From positions 2,355-66,354 of the forward strand of contig CAWHED010000010.1 in the NCBI GenBank assembly GCA_963828395.1: 64,000 bases of DNA, given 5' to 3'. This document shows positions 34,951 through 46,266 of the stretch, piece after piece. Every line of letters starts with the position of its first letter. Position 1 is the first letter of the stretch. The notes below the pieces were generated by a model. The model had not been told where the DNA came from, did no database searches, and was given only the letters and a program-made list of their open reading frames with translations. The position numbers and the translations under genes were made by a program. This DNA is from an uncultured Bacteroidales bacterium. Its GTDB lineage: Bacteria > Bacteroidota > Bacteroidia > Bacteroidales > VadinHA17.

Positions 34951-36327
34951 CTACTGTCCCAAAGAATCTGTAGCGGGGATCACGCATTTGAGCTTTCTCA
35001 GCTCATTCCGGAAAAAGATGTAAGTGATTACAGCAGCTACCAGGTCTGATATGGGGTTGGCTATCCAGACACCCGCCACGCCCCAGAATTTCGGAAGAAG
35101 CAGGATCAGCGGCAACAATACTATTATCTGTCTCAGCAGCGAAAGGAAGGTAGCAAGCTTGGCCTTGCCGATGGCCTGGAAGTAGCTGGAAGCGATTATC
35201 TGGAAGCCTACAACCGGCAGGACGGCGCAATAAATGCGCAGACCCAATACACCGGCCTCCCTGAGCTCCATATTATCATGGTTAAAGATACTTATCACGA
35301 GTCCCGGGATCAGCATACATATCAGCCACCCTCCTGTGGCAACGAGGGTGCCGTACCTGATCGCCTTTACCACAGTCTCTTTGACACGGCAGTAGAGCCC
35401 TGCACCGTAATTGAACCCGATAATTGGCTGGATAGCCATATTAATTGATATTATTGTCATTACCATCATCATGGTGGTGCTGCTTACAATACCCATTGCA
35501 CCCACGGCGATGTCACCGCCGTGTTTAATGAACTGCGTGTTCATTATGGCTGTGACAATACTCGCTGCCACATTCATGGCAAATGGAGCAAAACCTATTG
35601 AAATAATATGTTTAATAATGTACGGGTCGGGGTAAATGTTCGGAATGTACAGTTTAACAATGCTCTTTTTACCGCGGAAATGAATTAAGACCCAGACAAA
35701 AAGGACGAACTGCGAGAATATTGTCGCATAGGCTGCTCCCCTGACACCCATATGAAAACCGAAGATAAGTATTGGATCAAGTATGATATTTATCCCGGCG
35801 CTGATGAAAACTGATACCATCGCGATGCGCGGATTACCCTCTGCCCTGATGATGTTGTTGAGTGCGTAGCCTGTCATAGCGAATGGTATCCCGGCCAGGA
35901 TGATAACAAAGTAATCAGAAGCGTATTTTAATGTCTCCGGTCCTGCACCGAATATCATGAGTACCTTGTCACGGACCAGGAAACCTGTTATCATCAGAAC
36001 GATGCCCAGGGTGAATGCGAGGAACAGGGCGTTTCCCAGTATTCTGTTCGCCCTTTGGTAATCCTTTTCCCCCAGGCTGAGTGAAATGCGCACTGCCGAC
36101 CCCATGCCTACCAGCATCCCGAAAGCCATTATGATGATCATAAGGGGGAAGATCACGCTGAGGCCCGCGAGAGCAAGGGCATCAACTCCCTGGCCTATGT
36201 AGATCCGGTCGACGATGTTATAAAGGACGTTTGCCATCATAGCGGCAAAAGCAGGAACAAAATAATTCCACATCAGCTTCCCGATCTTCTCAGATTCAAG
36301 GTCTTTTACCTGTCGCGGATCCGCCAT
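34951..36327 (-). CDS. MATE-family efflux transporter
   Basis: 458 aa, 12 hydrophobic segments, 'YNIVDRIYIGQG', 'NNIIRAEGNPRIAM'. Confidence 0.9.
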   Translation of the reverse strand: MADPRQVKDLESEKIGKLMWNYFVPAFAAMMANVLYNIVDRIYIGQGVDALALAGLSVIFPLMIIIMAFGMLVGMGSAVRISLSLGEKDYQRANRILGNALFLAFTLGIVLMITGFLVRDKVLMIFGAGPETLKYASDYFVIILAGIPFAMTGYALNNIIRAEGNPRIAMVSVFISAGINIILDPILIFGFHMGVRGAAYATIFSQFVLFVWVLIHFRGKKSIVKLYIPNIYPDPYIIKHIISIGFAPFAMNVAASIVTAIMNTQFIKHGGDIAVGAMGIVSSTTMMMVMTIISINMAIQPIIGFNYGAGLYCRVKETVVKAIRYGTLVATGGWLICMLIPGLVISIFNHDNMELREAGVLGLRIYCAVLPVVGFQIIASSYFQAIGKAKLATFLSLLRQIIVLLPLILLLPKFWGVAGVWIANPISDLVAAVITYIFFRNELRKLKCVIPATDSLGQ

Positions 36328-36412
36328 GAATAAAAATTAATTCCGCAAAGATGAGACGAATTCCTGAACCGAACAAACAATAGTTTGTGAGCCCTGCAAA
36401 GCCTGTTAAGAA

Positions 36413-36444
36413 CAAAAAAAGCTGCCCCGTTTCCGGAGCAGCTT
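36413..36444 (-). terminator. intrinsic terminator of groES-groEL
   Basis: On the minus strand, AAGCTGC..GCAGCTT is followed by TTTTTTT, about 20 nt after the groEL stop. Confidence 0.7.
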
Positions 36445-36464
36445 ATTCATAAAGCTATCAGCTG

Positions 36465-38111
<1,647 letters not shown>

Positions 38112-38120
38112 TTACGGTTA

Positions 38121-38405
38121 TTACGAAATATAAAGGACATCAGTCTGTGAAAGAAGGAGATAGTCTGTCCCGTTAATTGTCAGTTCCTGGCCGGAGTATT
38201 TGCCATAGAGAACAACATCTCCCTTTTTGAGTTCCATCTCTTCATCCTTCTTGGCAGCACCTACAAGAATAACAGTGCCTGCGCGTGGTTTTTCCTTTGC
38301 TGAATCGGGGATAATAATACCGCTGGCGGTCTTCTCTTCTGCCTCCTGAGGCTTGATGAGAACCTTACCTGCCAGCACTTTTCCTTTTAATTGTGCCATT
38401 TTCAT
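38121..38405 (-). CDS. groS: co-chaperonin GroES
   Basis: 94 aa; '[12 protein letters not shown]', '[10 protein letters not shown]'. It lies immediately upstream of groEL. Confidence 0.95.
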   Translation of the reverse strand: MKMAQLKGKVLAGKVLIKPQEAEEKTASGIIIPDSAKEKPRAGTVILVGAAKKDEEMELKKGDVVLYGKYSGQELTINGTDYLLLSQTDVLYIS

Positions 38406-38472
38406 TAGTTTTATAAGTTAAACAATATTTTTCCTGCTTGAGGATTTCATAATCTGTGCCAAATAGCTTTTT

Positions 38473-38508
38473 GCAAACAAAAAGTGTCAGTTCATGACAA
38501 ACTGACAC
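38473..38508 (-). terminator. intrinsic terminator after secG
   Basis: On the minus strand, GTGTCAGTT..AACTGACAC is followed by TTTTTGTTTG. Confidence 0.65.
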
Positions 38509-38532
38509 CTCCGTAGAATATTAATGTCATTC

Positions 38533-38883
38533 TTATTTGTTTCCACCGTCAGTCTTCGGCTCTTCCTGCGGAACAGGTGTCGGCAATGTTGGAACGGCCG
38601 TAGGATCCTGAGCTCTCTCGATTGATGACTTGATGACTGATTCCTGGCTCTGACCTCTTGGTATGGATGCGGTAGCCACAAGGCAAAGCAACACTATTGC
38701 ACCGGCGAGCGTCCATGTTGATTTCTCAAGGAAGTCAGCAGTCTTTCTGACGCCCATCGACTGGCCTGCAGATGTAAAGTTAGCAGCCAGGCCACCTCCC
38801 TTTGAATTCTGCACGAGCACAACCATGACCACAAGAACACAGGCTATAAGCACCAGGATTGAAATAAAAATATAAATGCCCAT
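38533..38883 (-). CDS. secG: preprotein translocase subunit SecG
   Basis: 116 aa; 'VVLVQNSKGGGL' motif between two TM helices. Confidence 0.9.
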   Translation of the reverse strand: MGIYIFISILVLIACVLVVMVVLVQNSKGGGLAANFTSAGQSMGVRKTADFLEKSTWTLAGAIVLLCLVATASIPRGQSQESVIKSSIERAQDPTAVPTLPTPVPQEEPKTDGGNK

Positions 38884-38890
38884 TGTTTAC

Positions 38891-40214
38891 TTATTTAATT
38901 AAATCATTAATCTTTTCAATACGGCCTGCAAAGTAAGCACTTTTTTCCGGATATTGCAAAGAGAGCTTTTCATAAATATTTATCGCTCTGCTGTAATAAC
39001 CCTGGTTTATATAAATTTTTGCCAGTGTCTCAGTTATAAAGGAACCCTTCTCATCTGCACTTGTCTCCGACAGGTCCTTTACCGGCTGGATCTCAGGAAG
39101 GGTCATCCTTTCAAGTGTCGGGCTGCTCTTTATGAACCTGTCAATCAGATCCTGGGCCGACAGCGACGGGGCGGTTAAATCTGTTGCCGGTTCACTGCCC
39201 TCAATTAACTCCATTAACTCATCAGCATCCGGCACCGGTTCTGGTTCAGGTTCTTCCTCCTCAGCAGTTACTTCCGGCACCGGTTCTGGTTCAGGTTCTT
39301 CCTCCTCAGCAGTTACTTCCGGCTCCGATTCTTCTTCTTCGACAATCTCTTCACCCACAATCGCCTCAACAGTCTCACCGGGGGGCTCAGCAATAAGTTC
39401 AAGTATTTCCTCCTTCACCGAGGCAAGTTCTTCAAGCCTTGCCTCAATCTCTGCCATGAGCTCTTCCCTGGTCCGGAGTGCCGCTTCTTCCGCAACAGGA
39501 GCTGATTCCTGCATTTCTTCCGCTACAGGAGCTGATTCCTGAACTTCTTCCGCAACTATCTGACTTCCGCAACAGGAGCTGATTCCTGCATTTCTTCCGC
39601 TACAGGAGCTGATTCCTGCATTTCTTCCGCAACAGGAGCTGATTCCTGAACTTCTTCTGCTACAGGAGCTGATTCCTGAACTTCTTCTGCTACAGGAGCT
39701 GATTCCTGAACAGCATTATCCATAATGACCGGCTCCGGGGAAATTTCTTCCTTTAAAGCTTCCTCGTGTGTTGGATCCTCAATGAGAGCCTCTTCAATGA
39801 CAGACTTCCTCAGTGTACCACTTCCTCAGGTCTCTCCTCTTCTATTGCAGCTGTTTCCGGAATCAATTCTTCATGCCTGATTTCCTCCTGCCGAACTTCT
39901 GCTTCTGAAACTGCTTCAGCGACAATTTCCTCTCTTACATCTGCGACGGGTGCAACTTCTTCCCGGACTACCTCAGGCTCCGGCGACATAAACAAATAGT
40001 GATAGAGCACCTCCCTGTCAGAAACGGAGAGGGCTGATGCCTTCAGCTGCGAATCAAACCTTACATCGGCATTCTCTTTAAGTCCCCGCAGCAGTACCAG
40101 ATGGGCGGAATGAAACCAGGGAAAAAGGACTGTCAGTTCCCTCAAACCCTCGAGATCTCCGGGGCCGGGAAGGGCACCGCCGGCAACAAACCGGTTAAAT
40201 TCATTCCTGTTCAT
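38891..40214 (-). pseudogene. conserved Bacteroidota protein with an N-terminal domain, an acidic repeat region and a C-terminal TPR-like motif; two frame breaks inside the repeats
   Basis: The N-terminal ORF 40214-39810 carries 'FPWFHSAHLVLLRGL'. The middle frame reads 'LRKSVIEEALIEDP...(VQESAPVAEE)n'. The C-terminal ORF 39514-38891 ends 'YINQGYYSRAINIYEKLSLQYPEKSAYFAGRIEKI'. The breaks are near 39812 and at the 17-nt irregular insert at about 39556-39572. Confidence 0.7.
39484..39712 (-). repeat. 30-bp tandem coding repeat (decapeptide QESAPVAEE[V/M]), 7 copies, one spacing of 47 bp
   Basis: CAGGAGCTGATTCCTG starts at 39496, 39526, 39573, 39603, 39633, 39663 and 39693. The 39526-to-39573 interval contains an extra 17 nt that partly duplicates the unit. 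A separate 45-bp x2 repeat (EVTAEEEEPEPEPVP) lies at 39229-39318. Confidence 0.9.
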
Positions 40215-40223
40215 GGGTCAGCG

Positions 40224-40748
40224 TCACCAGTTGACAAAAGCTCTGTTAAAGATATCCTCGATGAGCATCTTGCTTATCTCCTCAGACAACTCGACCTCCA
40301 CCGCACTCAGATCAAGTGAACTGTCATAATCCTGATACCTGGTGAACGTCTGCTCATAACTCAGGTCGGTGTCAACGGTGTTGACGAACCTTACCCTGAC
40401 ACTGATCGAAAAACGGTTACTGGCAGCCTGCTCATCGCCGCTGACGGTAAGAGGCTGTGTTCTGTAGTCGGTAATGTCACCCTCAAAGCTGACATCGCCC
40501 CCTGACGTTACCATATCAAGGTTCGTCTGTGCCTGGCACATATCCATAAGAGCATCTGTCAGTTTCTGTGACAGTCCGGGTTGTACAAGACTGGCCCTGT
40601 TCTGGAAGTTTGACACGCTGAAGGTCTTAACCTCAGGCGAAACGGATACCCCGGAAAAAGAGTAATTTACTTTTACACCACAGCCCTCCGTCATGACAAG
40701 GAGAATCAGTGTAAACATTATCCGCGCAATGTTACGTATCAAGACCAT
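40224..40748 (-). CDS. lptE: LptE-family LPS-assembly lipoprotein
   Basis: Lipobox 'LLVMTEGC'. The size and the position between the sigma-54 activator and secG are typical of Bacteroidota. The likely ATG is at 40748. Confidence 0.65.
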   Translation of the reverse strand: MVLIRNIARIMFTLILLVMTEGCGVKVNYSFSGVSVSPEVKTFSVSNFQNRASLVQPGLSQKLTDALMDMCQAQTNLDMVTSGGDVSFEGDITDYRTQPLTVSGDEQAASNRFSISVRVRFVNTVDTDLSYEQTFTRYQDYDSSLDLSAVEVELSEEISKMLIEDIFNRAFVNW

Positions 40749-41979
40749 ATTCCTTGATTTTTCTGTAAAGGGTTCTCTCAGAAATACCCAGCTCCGCCGC
40801 TGCCAGTTTGCGCTTACCGTTGTTCTTGTCAAGGGCTTTTATTACCAGTTCTTTTTCCCGGTCAGTCAGCGAGAGCGATTCTTCCACAACCTCTTCAGTA
40901 TCCTGTATATCGTTTCTCTCCCTGGGGGTACCGAAACTGACTGTAACCGGCCGTAACGGCTCTATGCTCTCTTTGCGTACCGCGGTGTCATTGAAAAGAT
41001 TACGTGCGGCCCTGACACCTGTCTCAGTGAGGCTGGTGACTTCCCCTCCCGAGTTGAGTATTTCATAAACAAGGTTTTTCAGGTCATGCATATCGCTCTT
41101 CATGTCGAAGAGGACCTTATATAGTATCTCCCTTTCTGAACTGAAGTTTTTTCCTTCCGGGTTTCTGATTGGAACGGGAAGGCGCCCGCTCTCAAAATTA
41201 GGCAGGTAGTGCGTCAGCATGACAGCCGTAACTTCCCGCTCCTGTTCAATAACCGATATCTGCTCTGTAATATTCTTAAGCTGCCTGACATTACCAGGCC
41301 AGTAGTAATTTATAAGCATCTCCCTGGCCGGACCATCTGGCCTGATTGCAGGCATTCGGTAACGCTCAGCGAAATCCACGGCAAATTTCCGGAACAGCAG
41401 GATTATATCTTCACCTCTCTCCCTGAGTGGCGGCACCCTGACCGGCACCGTGTTGAGCCTGTAGAACAAGTCCTCACGGAACCTGCCTGATGAAACTGCC
41501 TGTATAATATCGATATTCGTCGCAGTTATTACCCTGACATTGGTCTTCTGCACTTTTGATGACCCAACCCTGATGAATTCACCTGACTCGAGCACCCTGA
41601 GAAGTCTTACCTGCGTTGAGAGAGGGAGCTCAGCCACTTCATCAAGAAAGATGGTTCCTTCATCGGCGACCTCAAAATAACCCTTCCTGCTGTCTGTCGC
41701 TCCCGTGAAGGCGCCTTTTTCATGACCGAATAGCTCTAAATCTATTGTTCCCTCGGGTATGGCCCCGCAGTTGACTGCGATGTAAGGACCGTGCTTACGC
41801 AAACTGTAAGTGTGTATCACCTGGGGAAATACTTCCTTGCCGGTGCCGCTCTCTCCGGTAATGAGCACAGAGAGATCAGTGGGGGCTACCTGAACAGCGA
41901 TGTCAAGCGCCCTGTTAAGCCCTTCATGATTGCCGATAATCCCAAATCGCTGTTTTATGCTCTGTAACTCCATCATCAA
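40732..41979 (-). CDS. sigma-54-dependent transcriptional activator (AAA+ plus Fis-type HTH, no receiver domain)
   Basis: Walker A 'GESGTGKE', 'GAFTGA' sigma-54 contact loop, 'ELFGHEKGAFTGA', and C-terminal 'AAAELGISERTLYRKIKEYGL'. Confidence 0.92.
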   Translation of the reverse strand: MMMELQSIKQRFGIIGNHEGLNRALDIAVQVAPTDLSVLITGESGTGKEVFPQVIHTYSLRKHGPYIAVNCGAIPEGTIDLELFGHEKGAFTGATDSRKGYFEVADEGTIFLDEVAELPLSTQVRLLRVLESGEFIRVGSSKVQKTNVRVITATNIDIIQAVSSGRFREDLFYRLNTVPVRVPPLRERGEDIILLFRKFAVDFAERYRMPAIRPDGPAREMLINYYWPGNVRQLKNITEQISVIEQEREVTAVMLTHYLPNFESGRLPVPIRNPEGKNFSSEREILYKVLFDMKSDMHDLKNLVYEILNSGGEVTSLTETGVRAARNLFNDTAVRKESIEPLRPVTVSFGTPRERNDIQDTEEVVEESLSLTDREKELVIKALDKNNGKRKLAAAELGISERTLYRKIKEYGLDT

Positions 41980-42125
41980 ATACCAATGAACTGCGAATTT
42001 ACGACTTTTTTGGATTATGTTAAAGTCGATTTTTTAGTAAAACGACTGACGGAAAATGGTAACGGAAAGCGGTTATCTGTAAACTTTTACATCCTTTCAT
42101 TGTTATAATCATTGAGTTATATATC

Positions 42126-43025
42126 ATGAGAGCGATGAATGCCGGAAGCAGAACATATTCAATAAAAGATCTTGAAAACTTCTGTGGCATAAAAGCCCAC
42201 ACGATCAGGATGTGGGAGAAAAGATACGGTATACTCACGCCTGAAAGAAGCGATTCAAACATAAGACATTATACCGAAGAAGAGCTCAAGAAGCTCATTA
42301 CAGTATCCATACTTAACCGTAATGGTCTTAAAATTTCAAAGATTTCTCAACTGAACGATAATGATCTCCTGCATGAAGTACTGAGGAAAGAGTCAGGAGA
42401 CGAAACCGGCGATGGCACATTTAAGCCCGGCGACCTGATTATCTCAGCATTGAGGTTCAGCGAGGACGAATTCAGACAGAGACTTAATCTTTTTATCCGG
42501 GAATTGGGAATCCGGGAGGCTTATCTCAAAGTGTTTTACCCCCTGATGCAGAAGGCAAAGGCTCTGTGGCTGACCGGATGTATCTCGAAGCCTCAGGAGC
42601 AGTTCATCAGGCATGTGATCAGGACTGTAATTATATCGGAAGATATGGCTATGGACAATTCCCTGACCGGTCAGAACGCTGCCATAATAAACCTGGGCGA
42701 TAATGAGGCGGAGAACAACCTTGTATTCCTTAAATGCCTTCTCCGGAAAAGGGGTATTGAAGCCGTTTATACTGAAGGTACCCTGTCAGCGGAAGACATA
42801 AAGGGTATACATTCCATCAGGCCTTTTACCATCCTTGCTGTCAACCTGCCGGCTTCTGAACCTGATGATGAAGTGAAAAGACTTTCCAATGCCCTCACCC
42901 GTGAACTGAAGCTTAAGAAAATACTGGTCACCGGACGATATGACAGCAGCGGATCATGGGTCAAGGGTAAAACAGAAGCTGTCTGCTCTCCCGCCGGACT
43001 GGCAGAATGGGCAGACAGTCTATGA
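42126..43025 (+). CDS. MerR-family transcriptional regulator with a B12-binding-like C-terminal domain
   Basis: The N-terminal 'YSIKDLENFCGIKAHTIRMWEKRYGIL' is a MerR HTH. The C-terminal half resembles CarH/LitR helical-bundle plus Rossmann modules ('ALWLTGCISKPQEQF', 'AAIINLGDNEAENNL'). Confidence 0.75.
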   Translation: MRAMNAGSRTYSIKDLENFCGIKAHTIRMWEKRYGILTPERSDSNIRHYTEEELKKLITVSILNRNGLKISKISQLNDNDLLHEVLRKESGDETGDGTFKPGDLIISALRFSEDEFRQRLNLFIRELGIREAYLKVFYPLMQKAKALWLTGCISKPQEQFIRHVIRTVIISEDMAMDNSLTGQNAAIINLGDNEAENNLVFLKCLLRKRGIEAVYTEGTLSAEDIKGIHSIRPFTILAVNLPASEPDDEVKRLSNALTRELKLKKILVTGRYDSSGSWVKGKTEAVCSPAGLAEWADSL

Positions 43026-43046
43026 AAAATTCAGCCCCGGGATTAT

Positions 43047-43790
43047 CTAGAGCACTATCCTTACTACTATTGAATCTGCAATCTGCAACGCTGTTGTCAG
43101 AGTGCTGAGGTCTGTGAACAGCTCCCCCGTTTGTCCCAAAGGATGACTATGGCCTATTGGCCGCATGATGTACTTGTCACGCAGATTTTTCTGATCTGCC
43201 ATGCTCTCGTAGACAACCGCGGGTTGTGCTGAATACAGGTAGTTTTTGTCCCCCGGATATTTGTCATTAGTCCAGTAATCGTTCCAGTCCCAGTTTTGGT
43301 TTATCTCAAACATTACCCTGAACTTTGCAGGCAAGGGTCCGTCAGCGCGGGTAGCAAGTGTGAAACTGGTTGTAGGTGTGGCACCGCTGTATGCATCGGC
43401 AACAGGATTCTCCGGTTCAGGCATATAAAGTCCGTCAGAAGCTACTATACCTCTCTTGTGCGACCAGTAAGGCAGAGTCTGCGGAGCCCTTTTTGCTGCT
43501 TCAACCCATTTCCCCGAAATATCGGACCCGTATTTAAAGATGCCTGTTGCAATAGTTTTGGGCACGAACAGGGTCTGTAAATAACTACCCCGCTCATCCT
43601 CAAGCCATACGGCCATAAGCGGATAATAAAGGGACCTACCCCCGTAAAACTTCACTTCAATTGCTGGGCCGGTACCGGCAGTGTTAGTCCGTACTTCAGT
43701 AACCTTCTGCCTCTCAGTAATTTTTGACGCGGAGGGCTTTGCCGAGCATGCGGCAAGAAACACCATTAAAGCTATTATGATATATTTCAT
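43047..43790 (-). CDS. uncharacterised lipoprotein, co-oriented downstream of the TonB-dependent receptor
   Basis: Lipobox 'VFLAAC'; 247 aa. 'MAVWLEDERGSYLQTLFV' resembles DUF2271-type proteins, but I make that assignment from memory only. Confidence 0.55.
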   Translation of the reverse strand: MKYIIIALMVFLAACSAKPSASKITERQKVTEVRTNTAGTGPAIEVKFYGGRSLYYPLMAVWLEDERGSYLQTLFVPKTIATGIFKYGSDISGKWVEAAKRAPQTLPYWSHKRGIVASDGLYMPEPENPVADAYSGATPTTSFTLATRADGPLPAKFRVMFEINQNWDWNDYWTNDKYPGDKNYLYSAQPAVVYESMADQKNLRDKYIMRPIGHSHPLGQTGELFTDLSTLTTALQIADSIVVRIVL

Positions 43791-43801
43791 CTCTATCTCT
43801 T

Positions 43802-46198
43802 TTAAATTTCAATAATGATACCGACAGTTGGTAAAATGGTTCCAATGTCTGACTGAACATACTTGAGAAGGTAACGGCTTGAATCTTCAGGGTCGATCAG
43901 CGGCACACCAGCTTCATCTGTCTGCCGGATAAGCAGAGCGGGCTGTTCAGCCTTGAAGTTCAGAATGTTTTGTACGTCAGCATACAGCATCAGTGACCAT
44001 TTCTTAAAATAGAACTGCTTGTCAACCCTCAGATCAAGCTGGTTAAAAGCTGACAGCCTTTCAGTGTTGTACCTTGTGTAATCGAGGTAGCCCTGACCGG
44101 TGGCATCCCACGCTTCAATAAGCGATGATTTCTCAACATCATACGGCGTATAAGGCGCTCCTCCGACATACCTCCATTTGAACCCTAAATTCAAGGTTTC
44201 TCCAAGGTTCTTCGTTGCCGTCAGGCTTAAGAGATGCCTGTTATCCCACGCCGTGGGAATGTAATTACCGTCAGTGCCTTTAAACTCGCTCCTGACAAAA
44301 GTATATGAAAACACTGCATTCAGACCCTTCAGTTCCCTCACGCGGCCCATGAGCTCAAGGCCGTAAGCCCTGCCCGTCGAAGTGGAGACAAGCTCCTCAT
44401 CACCGAAGATCCCGTAACCGGCGCTCCTGGTAGACAATGGAACCTGATCCGCTACTGAGAATGGATAGTCATTATAGCGCTTGTAAAAACTTTCCACGGT
44501 AAACTGCAGGCTTTCTTCCGGGATAACCTCAATGCCTGCAACAATATGATCGGCATATATGTATTTGATCCCGTTTTCCTTATTGGTATAATTGCCTGAA
44601 TTGTCTTTCAGTCCGAGTGACGTATATGGCGGAAGCTGATAATAGCGCCCGGTGTTGAAATTCAGGTTGATTATGTCTGTAAGTGAATATGACACTGAAA
44701 ACCGGGGCGAAACCTGGGTAAAAGGATTTGACATTTCAGGCGAGTAACTGTTGCCGTCAGTGCGAAGCCCGATAGAAAGACTTAGCTTTTCATCAATGAA
44801 CGACCTGCTTACCTGGCCGAAGGCCGAGTACTTGAAAAAGACAAGGTTGGTGTTGTATATATCGGTTTTTAATCCGGTGTCAGTGTAGACCTTCCTGAAG
44901 GTGTCATTCCTGTAGCGCGACATCTCAGTACCGGCACCGTAGCTGATCCTGAATGTGCTGGGGTAAATCACGGTTCCCTCATACCTCAGCCTGATGTCAC
45001 CCTCTCCGCTGTTATAATCAAGGGTCTTGTTATTGGGATCTGACTCATCATTGTTAAGGTATTTGTATTGAGTGTTGTTCAGATAGTTGCGGCTTAAGAC
45101 CACAATGTCTGAACCATTTGAACGGAAGTGCCTGTAAACAGCACCCACGGTATAGCTGTACTGTTCCTGTGTCGGTATATAACTCAGGATATACCGCTGG
45201 TATTCTGTCTCATTCGCCTCAAGGTTCAGTTTGAAATCGTCCCTGGCACCCAGACCGAGTATTGTCAGCTCATTCTTCTGGTCAAAGTTGATCTTGTATT
45301 TGAACTGAAAATCGGTGTAGGTAGGGAGGAATGGGAGACCCAGCGCTCCGAACAGAAACTGCAGGTATGACCGCCGGGCAGAAACAATGATGGAGCTCTT
45401 CTCTCCTGCCGGCCCGTTATAGGTGAGACCAACATCTGAAGCACCAAGTGTTGCCCTGATCGTTTTCTTCTCTTTGTTACCGTCGATCAGGCTGAAGTTC
45501 ATGACTGAACTGAGGGCATTGCCTCTTGATGCCGGAAATGCGCCGGATAGAAAGTCAACTGATCTGACGAAATCGACATTAATTATGCCTACCGGTCCTC
45601 CCGAAGCCCCCTGGGTCGAGAAGTGGTTGAGATAAGGTATCTCCACATAATCCAGGAAGAATCTGTTTTCATTGGGCCCTCCTCCCCTGACGATAACATC
45701 ATTCCTGAACGCAGGCGTTGAGGCAACTCCCGGAAATGACTGAATAACCTTTGAGATGTCACGGTTACCACCCGGGTTCAGTTCAATCTCCTGAATGCCT
45801 ATGATCCTCACCGATACCGGACTCTCGATTTTTTTGCGGAAAGGCGATGCCTTGACAACAATATCGGAAATGCTCACAACAGTTGATTCGAGAGGGATTG
45901 TCAGGTTAACCTCGTTATTGTTGGTCACCATCACACCTTCAGTAATGTAAGGTTTGTAACCCACATATGAGACCCTCACTTCCACAAATCCGGGTTTCAG
46001 TCCGGTGAAAAGGAAATTACCGTCAAAATCGGTCATGGCACCTGTGGTGGTGTTCCATATCACAATGCTGGCAAACGGAATCGGCTCGTTGGTAGTTGCA
46101 TCCACTACCTTGCCTCGGATCGTCCCTCCGCCCGCTTGCCCGGAAAGATCCGCAAACACCATAGTAAACAGTAGTAATATTATATAATAAGTCTTCAT
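43802..46198 (-). CDS. TonB-dependent receptor with an N-terminal carboxypeptidase-regulatory-like domain
   Basis: 'GTIRGKVVDATTNEPIPFASIVI...GYKP' CarbopepD_reg fold, then plug and beta-barrel, ending in an aromatic-rich C-terminus. The likely ATG is at 46198. Confidence 0.9.
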   Translation of the reverse strand: MKTYYIILLLFTMVFADLSGQAGGGTIRGKVVDATTNEPIPFASIVIWNTTTGAMTDFDGNFLFTGLKPGFVEVRVSYVGYKPYITEGVMVTNNNEVNLTIPLESTVVSISDIVVKASPFRKKIESPVSVRIIGIQEIELNPGGNRDISKVIQSFPGVASTPAFRNDVIVRGGGPNENRFFLDYVEIPYLNHFSTQGASGGPVGIINVDFVRSVDFLSGAFPASRGNALSSVMNFSLIDGNKEKKTIRATLGASDVGLTYNGPAGEKSSIIVSARRSYLQFLFGALGLPFLPTYTDFQFKYKINFDQKNELTILGLGARDDFKLNLEANETEYQRYILSYIPTQEQYSYTVGAVYRHFRSNGSDIVVLSRNYLNNTQYKYLNNDESDPNNKTLDYNSGEGDIRLRYEGTVIYPSTFRISYGAGTEMSRYRNDTFRKVYTDTGLKTDIYNTNLVFFKYSAFGQVSRSFIDEKLSLSIGLRTDGNSYSPEMSNPFTQVSPRFSVSYSLTDIINLNFNTGRYYQLPPYTSLGLKDNSGNYTNKENGIKYIYADHIVAGIEVIPEESLQFTVESFYKRYNDYPFSVADQVPLSTRSAGYGIFGDEELVSTSTGRAYGLELMGRVRELKGLNAVFSYTFVRSEFKGTDGNYIPTAWDNRHLLSLTATKNLGETLNLGFKWRYVGGAPYTPYDVEKSSLIEAWDATGQGYLDYTRYNTERLSAFNQLDLRVDKQFYFKKWSLMLYADVQNILNFKAEQPALLIRQTDEAGVPLIDPEDSSRYLLKYVQSDIGTILPTVGIIIEI

Positions 46199-46266
46199 TA
46201 TTTGTGTAGTTTTTATGAAACAAACCACCAAACGGGCTAAAAAGTTCAGCAGATATGAAAACTTTA

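Noticed and set aside
38406-38532. CIRCE-type heat-shock operator upstream of groES
   Set aside because: No TTAGCACTC-N9-GAGTGCTAA-like inverted repeat is present. The only strong hairpin here (38484-38508) is oriented as the secG terminator.
39132-39542. Ser/Gly-rich 136-aa plus-strand ORF, plus 39184-39396 and 39766-39999
   Set aside because: They are antisense reading of the acidic E/P-rich repeat region of the lptE-secG cluster gene. They are low-complexity artefacts.
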